From contig OZ038378.1 in the NCBI GenBank assembly GCA_964036045.1, positions 4,402,001 to 4,466,000 on the forward strand: a stretch of 64,000 nt of DNA, given 5' to 3'. This stretch comes from Eutreptiella sp. 'Long Island Sound 2002'. Its lineage: Eukaryota > Protista > Euglenida. The position numbers and the translations under genes are program-made. Of the stretch, positions 12,901 to 23,946 are shown piece by piece (positions within the stretch are counted from its first letter, which is position 1; each line of letters starts with the position of its first letter). Below the pieces are notes generated by a model. The model saw only the letters and a list, made by a program, of their open reading frames with translations. It did not search any database and was not told where the DNA came from.

Positions 12901-14179
12901 TGCAAAGCAAGCAACGATTGTGTGCGTGGGCACGCACCCTTTGACTTTTTTGCTTGTTGGGAGAAATTGGCTTGGCTGGACGGTGTAGCCGAGCCACCTA
13001 CCACACTGCTAGGAACTGCTTGGCATTGCATCCTCCTAGGAACGCAAATAGAAGGTTCCCAAGTCCCAGTTTAAGGCAAGGGCTAGGCGGGTGGAGGGAG
13101 TGAAGGTGAGTCTAGGGGTACTGGGAAAGGGTTTCATGGTTTGGGTCATCCATATCAGGCGAAAGCTATTGCATGCCTCCTTTGTTACTTTGCATTGCTT
13201 TTATGGCCAATCATCGTGGAAAAGGAATGGGTTCTTTGGAAGAACCGGGTTGGCAAACGGGCTGCTACCTTGGATTTTTCCAGCTGATTGTCCTGATACA
13301 CGAAATGGATGTTTTGGACCATCAAAATGGCCGTGGCATGGAGCCACAGCTTGGAAGACACCTTGTTTGCCCAATTGCATTCCTTTTGTGGCCCAATCAG
13401 GAGCTTCGTTTAGAAGCACTAGCATCGAGCACCCAAGCAAACCCAGCCCTTGCTAGGGGGGTATTCTGGATGAGGAAATTTGTTTCATCTTTCAAGAAGA
13501 TGGCAAAATTTTTTGTGCCGAACGTTAAAAGACATTCATAGTGCGGCATGCGCCATCCATTTGCACAAGATGTGGTGCTGCAAATTGCTAGTGGCCCGAT
13601 TGCTCGCACAGGTAGAAGTATCAAATGTGTTTTTTTAATGACGTTTCTTAGCCTGCTTCTTAAGCACAACATGGTGATCAGGTTTTTGTGGTTTTTCTTT
13701 TGCTTGCACTGTGCTTGCAACACACTGTTTACATGGTGGGTGTGCATGTGGCAGTTTGAGCCTTGGGCTTTGGAGGGTGGCAAAACTTTCTGAAACAATC
13801 CCCCCCCCCCCCCCCCGGCTAGTTACGGAGATCTTGTTGCCGCCCCAAGATGCCATTTTGGGGTGTGTTGCAAACTTTGGTTATTGGCCTGTATACTCAA
13901 GAGCCTACAATCTTAATACTTAGGATGAAGCGGACAAAAAATAAGCCGAATATGGCCATTTTTGACACCCTTTGGCTGCTGAGAGCTGCCAACGGCTCCG
14001 TTTGGGGAACCCTAGGACCTCTTGCATCCTCTCTAGTTAAATTCCTCTTATCATGGGGGCGCCTCAAGCGCAGTGCGCGCGCAGTGCAACTATTTGGGCG
14101 TCTGGCCGTACTAGAGACCCATACTTTGAGATACTAGGGGCCCCTAGGGGCATCATGGTGACAACAGGGTGCTCTGAGG

Positions 14180-14640
14180 AGGCTTGGTGGGCAAGTGTGC
14201 ATCGTGTTCGTTCTTACTTGAATGGTGTTGGCTGAAATTCGATGGGCGGAAAGATTGTCGGAGTGGAACCACGTCTTGTTTAATCCTAAATACGCCGGGT
14301 GCGTATACAAAGTTACGGTTGCCATTGACAGCTTGGGCAACATCGTTTGGATTTGTCCGTTGGCCCCGGGGACATCGGCGGATGTTCTCATTTGGGATCG
14401 CGAGGGGCCCAAAAGGGTGAAGGGACATTATATGGATTATGAGATTGGCTCCATGGATGGTGCATACAAGGGGCGCCTCCATGTGGCATGGCCATTTATC
14501 GGTCGAAAGACGTTGACCGAGCGGCAAAAGGAGTACAATGATGTTCATGGTTTCTATAGGGCACGCATTGAGCACTGCAATATTGTGAACTGCAATATTG
14601 TACGGATTGCATTGACACACACACATGTGACAATGTGACT
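14180..14640 (+). pseudogene. PIF/Harbinger (DDE_Tnp_4-like) transposase remnant, internally deleted
   Basis: VTVAIDSLGNIVWICPLAPGTSADVLIW...GSMDGAYKG...PFIG...QKEYNDVHGFYRARIEH carries the PG..D, D.AY and R..IEH pattern. Frameshifted upstream and truncated after IEH. Confidence 0.8.
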
Positions 14641-15250
14641 TTTCTTTGATTCTGCAACTGTGTCATGTTGTGCACACAAGTTGCGTATTCTCAATGTGTA
14701 CTTAGTTGACAATGGAACAGAGAGACAGTTGTGTGTTCTTGAGGGTGGCGACCAATGCGCTGTTCATGGCTTTTCCAGTTGTGCATGATGTGTGTTATGT
14801 GAAGGGAAGGTAGTTTGCAACTTTCTTGAGCTAGGGCAGTTTGGGTCACTTAATTCTAAGGGCGTTTCCAAGGGGTGTGCTTGGGGGCTCTTCAGGGAGA
14901 ACATAGTCTAAAAGTAGCGCGCAGTGCGCGCGCAGTGCAAAGATTCCCCCCATGATAACATTTCGTGCAACAAGGAACAACAAGCCAAAACTCAATGTCT
15001 TCAACCCGGTGTTTCAGAATTGATAATTGTTTTTGACGGTCATACCAATGTGCACACCAATTGAGCACGGATTTGGCGTGGCGTTTGTGTGGTCAAAGCA
15101 TTAGTGCTTTAGTGTGTAGTGTTTAGATTCATCCTTGTACAATGAAATAACATTTCCCCCGTCCTCCCCCCCCAGATTGATCAGTCATGCTTTTCCCAGT
15201 TTAGCTAGGGTGAGCGCCCCTGTGATGGTGTCCCAGTATTGTTTTCCAAC

Positions 15251-15642
15251 ATGGCCAAGCGTGGACCTATGCTGGAGCAGGTGGCTGACAGCGACGGTGT
15301 GAGTGACGAGACCACGTCCATGGGGCTGCAGGATGCCTGCCAGGAGCCCGCTTTACCTGACGCCTTGGACCTGGGCAACGTCCTGATTGACTCCAAGAGT
15401 GCCCCCCCCCTGAATCCCAGGCATGACTGCCCCCTCGAATGCAGAAAGGCGTCCCCCACACACCCAGAAGAGCCACCGCACCAAGTGCGCGTCACCTTTG
15501 GGGCCGACATCATGTCAGAGCCCGCGTCTGCTGCTGTATCTTCACCGTCAGTCCTGCTGGCGGTGTTGAAGGGACTATGCTGCTACGGTTCCTTCGTGCT
15601 CTGCTGGTTGGTGCAGCTCAGCCTCCACCTGTACATTTGCAG
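15251..15642 (+). CDS. Orphan multi-pass membrane protein, exon 1
   Basis: ATG after a pyrimidine tract and AG; open frame ends in hydrophobic LLAVLKGLCCYGSFVLCWLVQLSLHLYIC; phase-2 donor ag|gttctg joins in frame to 17742. Confidence 0.65.
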
Positions 15643-16439
15643 GTTCTGTTTGCTGCAGGCGTTATGGCAACGCTGGGCCCCCATGTCTCTCCCTTGCACA
15701 CCCCAGCGCCACACTCTTGATATAGCGCATGGCTTCAGGTGGAGTTGAATCCCAACCTGGAAGGGAGGGCTGGGGGTCCTAAGTTCCTAAGGACACAGGT
15801 TGTTTCTGTTGCATTGTGCCGCCTTTTTGGATCACCTCAGTTGCGGCTCCAACAACCGTCAGTCACCATCAACAACGATGCAGCAGCGGTTGAAAAAGGG
15901 GGGACGGTGTGCAAAGGGCTTGGTCTGTGGGGCTGTGCAAGGGGGATGGGGATGTCTGGGGAGGGTAGCTGTGTGGCTGGGCAAGGGAAAGTGGGGGGGG
16001 GCAATGGAGAGCTGTGCCAAGGAGACTGCAAAGCAACGATCAGGGATTTCGGTGCAGGCTTACGCCTTCCAAAACTGTGAATTTTGGAGCGTGCTCTCCA
16101 CAATTCTGATGGGGGAAGGGGCGTGACACAGAGCCAAGGGGTTTCAAGAGAGTTGGGGCGGGGGGAGTAAAGGCGCGAGCGCAGAACTGCTCTGGTGTAC
16201 ACTGTGAGTACAAGTGCAATTGGGGGTGGGGTGCAGGTCAGGCACGCAAATATGAATGGGCATGAATGTATGAGTTTTGTATGGCACCAGGTGAAGCACA
16301 GTCACTCCCATGTCACACTGTCACATTTATGGAAGCCTCCCCCCCAATGCCCAACACACTCATCTGCAAAGTATGATGCGCACACCTCGAACCCAGGGCT
16401 TTCCCACCTCTTTCACAGAATTGTTGCCCCACAGTAACC

Positions 16440-16623
16440 GCACCATTGAGGTGCATGCGCCACCCCACCCCCCTCGATGTGACCCTGTGGTGCCAAAGGG
16501 ACACAGTGGGGCAAGGTCTGAGCCAGCACAGCCAGCACAGCAACGGTCAACCCAGAGACGTGTGTGGCGGTTTGTGCGCAAACAGTGACATCGCGCCTAC
16601 TTTACTGGGAACCAAAGGACACA
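16440..16623 (+). repeat. 184-bp dispersed repeat, copy 1 (copy 2 at 18871-19054)
   Basis: Direct copies differing at only 2 positions that I can see. Confidence 0.9.
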
Positions 16624-17001
16624 AACTGCCACGGAAGGGGAAGAATAACGTCGGAAACCCCTCTGTGGTGAAGGGCTGTGCGTATACACGTGTATATGCG
16701 TCTACGTATGCGTGTATGTATATCTCTTGGGGACGGACAGGAATATGCCAACACGGAGCGTTTTCAGGGATCGCCGTGATTGTTGCCTCGTTTGTGCCCG
16801 CTGAGTGTCGCAAAGGGAGGGGTATGTGGGGTATATTCGGAAAGCCCTTGAAAAGGGCTATTTGGAACACCCTGGGTCTGCATGTTGTACTAACAGTATG
16901 TTTGAGATTTTTGTCTATTTTGGACAGTGCCTGTGTTGCTTGCTGGCTGTTTTTGTCAACAGACAGCCACCATGTCCGGATACAAATTCACGCCACGTGC
17001 T

Positions 17002-17553
17002 GTTTTTATGTATGCGCGTGTACGTTGTGTACAGGGTGTGTACAAACCATCAGTGCACCCAGCGTTCCAAAATTGTCACGGCCCCCCAAAACCTCAAACC
17101 CCCAAAATCCGAAAGAATGCAACAGGTGCCATGAAAGTTAGAAACTCTGAGCTGGTCATGCAAAGGTTGCTTGCATGTCCTCCACCTCAAGAAACCAAGC
17201 TGTGACTGCACCCTGATTTTATTTTAATTTTGTCACTTGGTGTGTACAACGTGCCGAAAGTGCATACAATTGGTAGGCTACTCCAGTCGTGGCACACAGT
17301 TTCTACAAACTACAGACCGCCGGACCCCTGTGCATGGATAAACGCTGTTGCTGCCCTGTGTTTTGGGAAGGGGGCCAAAGGCGGCCTGAAAAATGTTGTC
17401 TCTTCGCGTCTGCAACATGCCGACAGTGTCTACAATTAGCAGGCCGCGCCTACTTGTGGTGCACAGTGTGTACAAACTGCAGACCATAGGACCCCTATGC
17501 ACGGGTAAACGATGTTGCTCCCCTATACACAACGTACACGCGTATACACAAAC
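17002..17553. repeat. Segment bounded by a 32-bp inverted repeat, containing a ~165-bp degenerate tandem duplication (MITE-like)
   Basis: 17005-17036 vs revcomp of 17521-17552: 3 mismatches. Duplicated block ~17245-17360 / ~17412-17525. No TSD identified. Confidence 0.5.
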
Positions 17554-17741
17554 TCCCTACACAAACATGGTGTTAGTATACACGCAAACAGAAACGCGCG
17601 CATACGTACATATCTGCTGTGGTGTGAGTTCCAGGGCCAAGTGAGCACCCAAGATGCTGCATTACAAGACACCACCTGAAAAACACTCTAGCAACCCCCA
17701 CAGAGTCCTCATGGCCGTGTAAACCGCCTCCACATATGCAG

Positions 17742-17868
17742 GTGGACAGAAGCAAACGTGGCTGGCAAATGGACTGTGTCGTCCGGCGAAGGAATTGCCA
17801 TCGTTGCTGGCGCCATAGCGCTGGCAATCGTCAACGTCCTGAGACGTTTCGCCATCTATTTCCGGGAG
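17742..17868 (+). CDS. Orphan multi-pass membrane protein, exon 2
   Basis: atgcag|g TGG...: WTEANVAGKWTVSSGEGIAIVAGAIALAIVNVLRRFAIYFRE |gtgtgc; phases 2 and 0 fit both neighbouring exons. Confidence 0.75.
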
Positions 17869-18041
17869 GTGTGCAGCATGCTGTCTATCTGCATCCTACA
17901 CAGACCCTCCCAAGACAATCCTGCCAACTTCCCAAATTCTTTCGTAGACGCTCCGCATACCGTTCGCAGAGCCCTGGCCTCCCACACCCTTCGCGTACCC
18001 CTCCCATACCCCTTCTGCCCCCTTCCACACCCTTCGTGCAG

Positions 18042-18449
18042 ATGCTTCGGGCCGCTCACGTTTACAAGGCCTACAGCGTGTTGATAGAGGAGCACGGACG
18101 GGACGTGCTGGAAGGGTCAGAGGAGCAGTGCCTGCGCCTACAGTTGTGCGTGCTGCTGGGCCTCGTGGTGGCGGCCATCCTGGTCAAGGTTGTGCTGACG
18201 GTCCTGTTGGTGCTCTCTGCCATATTTCTGGCGGGAGCAGGTGCGCACACCGCGGGCGCTGCCACAGGCATCCCCTTTGTGTTCCCGTTGATTGCCCTCC
18301 TGTACGTCCTGGACATGGACTATACGTTTGGGGAGTGGCTCTCCAATACAGTGCGGCACGCGGACAGTGAGCGCAAGAGAGTGGAACGGAGGCATAGACC
18401 CAGCCAGAGGCATTCCAAGTCCCGAACCAGCATCGAAAAGGCGCGTTGA
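18042..18449 (+). CDS. Orphan multi-pass membrane protein, exon 3 (spliced protein ~308 aa)
   Basis: Pyrimidine tract plus gtgcag| acceptor; MLRAAHVYK...LCVLLGLVVAAILVKVVLTVLLVLSAIFLAG...IPFVFPLIALLYVL... then a basic tail and stop; GC3-rich coding-like codons. Confidence 0.8.
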   Translation: MLRAAHVYKAYSVLIEEHGRDVLEGSEEQCLRLQLCVLLGLVVAAILVKVVLTVLLVLSAIFLAGAGAHTAGAATGIPFVFPLIALLYVLDMDYTFGEWLSNTVRHADSERKRVERRHRPSQRHSKSRTSIEKAR

Positions 18450-18870
18450 ACTGTAGTTCAGACTGTTGTGACCCCCCTCATCCAATGAGCCTTGTGTTGG
18501 TGCACATCATGCCCCGCAATTCTGGGGCTGTCATCAGACACTGCGAACCAAGCTGCAGCGCCCTTCCTGCAGCGTTCAGATTTGCCACTTCTGGGGCCAT
18601 GGCTCACACGGCTGCAGAGCGCAGCAAGCGCCCGTCACAGTTTCTATCGGAGGTACTCAGATGGCATGCGTGGGTCTGCCTCGGTGGAAGAAGGCAGGGC
18701 ACATTCTGTTTGTTACTACACGTTTGTTAATACCGGTCGTTCCAAAGTGTACGCCTCTCAGTTTGCATTGTGTTTGACGACAGCCGTTTCAAGACGTTGC
18801 TGGTTGTGTGGTCCTGGTCGCCGATATTAGCAATGGCACGGTGCACACCGCCACGTCAGGAATGAGAACT

Positions 18871-19054
18871 GCACCATTGAGGTGCATGCACCACCCCACC
18901 CCCCTCGATGTGACCCTGTGGTGCCAAAGGGACACAGTGGGGCAAGGTCTGAGCCAGCACAGCCAGCACAGCAACGGTCGACCCAGAGACGTGTGTGGCG
19001 GTTTGTGCGCAAACAGTGACATCGCGCCTACTTTACTGGGAACCAAAGGACACA
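18871..19054 (+). repeat. 184-bp dispersed repeat, copy 2
   Basis: Near-identical to 16440-16623. Confidence 0.9.
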
Positions 19055-20960
19055 CATCTGAAGCAGGGCTTGGCTTGAAGCAGTGCTCGCTTGAACCCCC
19101 CACCCCCCCCAAACCGGGTGTCCAGCACCCGCCCCTCTCCCTCCCCTTCCTGATTCGGCCTGGCATGCGGTCAGGATCGTGCTGGTTATTTGAAAACGTG
19201 ACGTCATGGCCTTCCCCTTCCATCACTTTTGCCCATTTGTGAACCTTACCTCAAAGTGGTACGTTTTCGTTCAGTGCTCATGTCTGATATTTGGCCGGAA
19301 GTGTGTTGGAGGAGGTACCCATGGCCATGCCAAATGATGTTGGGGCACGGGTCCGTGGGGTGGTTTGGCTTCAGTTGAGTTGCACAGGCTCTGGGTCACT
19401 GGGCCTCCCTTTCACTCCCCTCATGCCCAACTGTGGCAAAAACCTCTTGAATCATGAGATGTAATCAGACCTGAGCAGAGCACTGTGCATAAGGACGGTG
19501 CGTAAGTGGCGTGCCTGATTCAGTTCGTTTGAAGGCTCTGATGGCGTTCACACCAAACACATTGTCCCTGTACTGCATCTCTCTTGCTTTCGATCGTTGT
19601 TGACACACTGCAATGGCTTCGTGCCCTTTGCTGTTACGGGGCGGGGGCTGCTGGCATTCCGGTTGTTGCCAAATGCCTGGGTCAATGTAGTTTTGCCAGT
19701 TTGATGAAAGTCTTGCGTGCGTGGTTTTCCGTGATTTTCGAAGGAAGTGCAAAATAGGAAAAGATAAATAGGAAAAGAAAAAATAAAGGGAGGGTTAGGC
19801 TAGACCCCTGCATTGCTGCACACATCTGCATTCACCCCTGTTCAGCCCTATCTGTACCAGGATGCTGCATCTGGCATCAAATGAATGGCAATACCTCATT
19901 TCTCACGGTCAAAGAGCACTTCCTTTTTCACATGGGATGTTGGGGAGAAAGAATGGTTGTCATGATTGGGTTGCCGAGAAACAGGCCAGCGTGCCACCCT
20001 TTGGGGCAGAAGCTTGGAAACGTGATATACCCAGTAATGGCCCCTGGAATGGGGTGTCCAGCCAGAGGCTTGGCGTGGGGTTCTGGGAGCAACCTTGGCA
20101 GGCGGTTTGGCTGCACATGTGTTTGCGGCACGGCGAGCCCCATATGGGCAATGCAGCCCTTGTGGCACGCCCAATCCCTCCCTCCGAACCTCCACCAGTC
20201 CAACCAGATTGTTCCTCCAGCTTTGTGGCGAACTGGAGTGTTGTTTGGTGTCACGAGACCTCACATATGCCAAAAGGTAGTTATTGGCGGTGTGATGTTG
20301 CAGTCAGAATGTTGCCGTGGCAAAGCTCACTTGCTTCGTCACATTGAATACATCCGAACACCTTCAAGGTATCACACGTACGTCAGCACTGCGCCCCTGT
20401 TTCGGCAGTCGTCGGCTGTGGGTCTTCTCTAGCCGAGGGTAGAAAGGGGTGTACGTTGGGATAGGTAATACAAAAGTACCGTGTCGGGCACGCCCCGGGC
20501 AAACACTCCCCTGTGCACGGAGCAAAGGTGTAGTGTGTACCATCAAGTGGTACTTTCCAAGGAATGTAGTGATCTAATGAGAACCACCCAAAGATACCCG
20601 GTTGACTATCCAGGTGCCACACGTGATGACACAATGCCATAGGCCTTTGTGCACACGATGTCCGACGCTCGAGTCATTTCCGGCTGAACAACACCAGTCA
20701 GCCCATGCACTGCATACACTGCTGCAGCGCCGCCACTGCCACCCACTGGCCATATCTGTCATGGATGAAGGGCACGGGTCAGACATGTACTGATGTTGTG
20801 GTTCAGGAGGATGGCATCGTGTCCCCTGTCCTGATTCCCATCTTTTAGTGGTGTCCTATCTTTTTAGGAACCCTCAGCCTTTGACACCAGTGAAGCATGC
20901 TCAGTCACTCGAAGATTTTTGCTGAATAAGCTATCTTTCTGCCCCCCTCCCGTCCCTCGC

Positions 20961-21040
20961 TCCCTCTCCCTCTCCCTCCCTCCCTCCCTCCCTCCCTCAC
21001 TCCCTCCCTCCCTCTCTCTGTCTCTCTCTCTCTCTGTGTG
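20961..21040. repeat. (CCCT)n/(CT)n microsatellite
   Basis: Directly visible. Confidence 0.9.
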
Positions 21041-22239
21041 TGTGCCTCCCTCCTGATGGCCTAAACCCTTTTACACCACCGGCGATATGGCATTGAATTG
21101 GGGCGGCGCTCCCTTCAGTATGACAGGTACGTTGAAACTTCCCTTTTTGCAACCCTTTGGCAGGCAGGCGCAGCAGTGGTACCCCCTTTACGAGAACAGC
21201 GCCCTTGTCAGAACAACAGAAGGTCTTGTTTCTGCAACTTTTGGAACAATGTCCTACTTTGCCCTTTGTAAATACCCCCCCCTCCTTGTCACAACAACAT
21301 CAGGGGCTGTTTCTGTCGAATTTTGCGATTGTAGCGTTTTTCTTGCACACCTCTATTGCTGCGTCCCCTCGTCGCATGGTTGTCTGGAGACAACAGAGAG
21401 CAAAGCTCGTCACATTCGTGGACACAGACACCGCATGCAAAGGACAATTTTGGGTTCAGGGCCTGCGCATATGGAGGCACCAGTCCATGCAGACACTGAC
21501 CAGAATCGCCAGTCAAGTGCTGAATGAAGGCTGGTCCATCAGAGAGGATCGATATCGAGCTTGCACGGCCACTGTACATTACCTCAGGAACCACTCTATC
21601 ACAAGTGGCGACCCAATTTCAGGCCTGAAGCGGAGATGCAAGCACCACCCACCCTCACCAGAAGTATGAGACAGACAGACAGACAGTGCCAGCAAGACTG
21701 CAGTGGTCACTGAGCTTTCACTTGCATTTGAGCATTCCGGAGCTGTGTCCTCCCTTTTTTTCATTTGTACTCTGCACACCGCTGTGTTGCGTGGCCCCTA
21801 CTCTTTTTGTGCTTCCAGAGCACGCCGGGAATCCTACGGGCGTGGCAGTTTCCCCTGTATTTCCTGGTTTCAGATCCCGCCTCTTTACATTACACGGACT
21901 TGGCGCCCCTGCTGCCTCCACAGCCTGCCACCAATGTGGCTGCTTTTCAAGAACCCCTACCCCCCTTGGAGCAATGGATCCGAACCTGTGTGGAACTGCC
22001 GGGCATGGCCCGCAGATGGGTCCCTGACCCACTTCAGATGCACAACACCATGCTGTACAGCATGCAGCTGGCCCAGGCTGTGCCCCAGTTGAGTGGGGAA
22101 TGGAGGGTCATGGGCAGGCGAGAGCAAACGTAACTGTTTTTGCGGGGGGAGCCTCTTGTCATACAGGATAGGTGCCCTTCTCACCTCACAGGGGCTGGCC
22201 GTCAGCGGCTGGCCCGTGGTGGGAGCCATGTGTGCCTAA

Positions 22240-23040
22240 CCCATGAACCATTGCTCCTTAAAATGAACTCCTTCCGCTTCATTACATGTTAAGTCCGATA
22301 GCGCACTGCTTTGAGGGACAATCATAAACTGGACAGCTCTGAACGTTGATTTGGAGAGAAATGTCGAGAACCATGAGATGAGCGGCCCTCGCCAGCTCGT
22401 ATTGGTCTGGACCCTCCACAAAAGGTTGACGTTCAAGTGGCACACGTCCAGCATGTTTTCAAGTTGTGTTCCAAGATTTTCGCGTCCAGATTCCTCTTTT
22501 TCAGGGGGGCATTTTCTGGTGTGGATCTTTTTCCCTGTGTAGGTGCCATATTTGGCCAGTACAGGGGTTCCTCTTCGCAGTATGTCTTACCACACAATGT
22601 ATCACCTAATGTGTTGGTGACACTACAGTTGGCGCAATCGGCTGCTGCGCATTAGCTGCTGAGCTGTCCACCCTGCTGAGCTTACGCTTCAGGGAAGTTG
22701 TCCTCCAGTGCGCACAGAATGCGCCCCTCGGGGGTTATGAGGAAGCATAATTTGTGCATGGGTTTAGTGCATCAACAGTCTGGGAGATCACAGTGACCAC
22801 CCTGCTTCCCATTGGAGAGGTTGGCTGGTATTCTGCGTTAATCCCCAGGGCTGTCACCTGTCGACTGGGCGTGCTTGTTCCAAATGCAGAAAAACAGTAC
22901 AAGGGCCCGTCCGGACCATTTGTATTGCACGGATTGGGTCTAGGAAGACGGAGATTTTCCCCACTTTTCAGCTCAATTGCCACCATGGTCTGCTGCACAG
23001 CAGCAACAAACACAGGAGTGACATCCAGGAAAGTACAAGA
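22240..23040 (-). pseudogene. Decayed coding-like segment, Cys-containing, product unknown
   Basis: Protein-like stretches interrupted by stops: NTNGPDGPLYCFSAFGTS...VISQTVDALNPCTNY and CAAADCANCSVTNTLGDTLCGKTYCEEEPLYW. Confidence 0.3.
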
Positions 23041-23482
23041 AGGGCCATACCCCTGAGAAGGGACCCCCCCCCCTTTTTACCTTTCCGGGCTCCCACATTA
23101 TGTTCGACCCCCCACCACCACCTCCTTGCTTATGGCCCTCATCCCCCCCCCCCACCCTGGGTATTTTGTTGAAAATGAAATTGAGCAAGGGATCATTGTT
23201 GTTGAGCCGTTTTTGGGCCACATGCTTCAGGTCCCTGGCCCCCATTTCCCTGGTGACATCACAAGCACAAGCAAAGCGGGTATCTGGAAGGCTGTTGGTT
23301 CAAGCAGTTGCAGTCTGTACTAACCCTGCTGCCAAGAATGCAGTACAACATGTTTTGCAGCTGTGAGGATTCCTGGGGCAACACATTGTACTTGAGACTA
23401 TCTGTCTGGTTTGATGCCATTTCAGCAAAGTTCATTCTTCATCAGGCCGCTGATGACTTTGCACGCAGTGCGAAGTTTTGTA

Positions 23483-23946
23483 CCCCCCTGTCGTTCCCCA
23501 CCCCTTGTCGTTCCCCGGGGGGGGGGGGGTCACTTGGTCAACCCAAAATTTTTCGTTGCGGCTCATTGTGTTGTTGTGTGGGTGACTGTGTTGTGGGGCA
23601 CTGCCATTTGTATCCCTTGCACTCATGGCAGGACATTTTGCTCATTTTCACTGAAATGGAACTTGCAACCATGTTTCCCCCTGGGACAAATGTGATGTTC
23701 ATCCGCTCCACGGAGGAACCTGTTTTGGTGCAGGTCGTTGGACATTCGGAGCACGGTGATGCATATCGCCACATCACTTATGACTGTGATGGCAAGACCG
23801 TCTTGCACAACCGTGCGTCTGTTCAGCGCCTCTCCGTGCTGCAATTTCTGTGCCTGCAAATGTGCGTGTACGGTGGTGGTGGTGCAGTCCCCAGGGGGGG
23901 GGGGGGGGCGTCTTCCCTGGGGTGGGGAACGACAAGGGAAGGGGGG
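23483..23946. mobile_element. Degenerate poly-C-ended MITE carrying a second copy of the micro-ORF (23656-23830, +)
   Basis: TA|cccccctgtcgttccccacccc at left; ggggtggggaacgacaagggaagggggg at right (imperfect inverse). ORF homologous to 9415. Confidence 0.6.

Noticed and set aside
15725-15780. B-box-like gggattcaactcc on the minus strand
   Set aside because: No A-box or cloverleaf.
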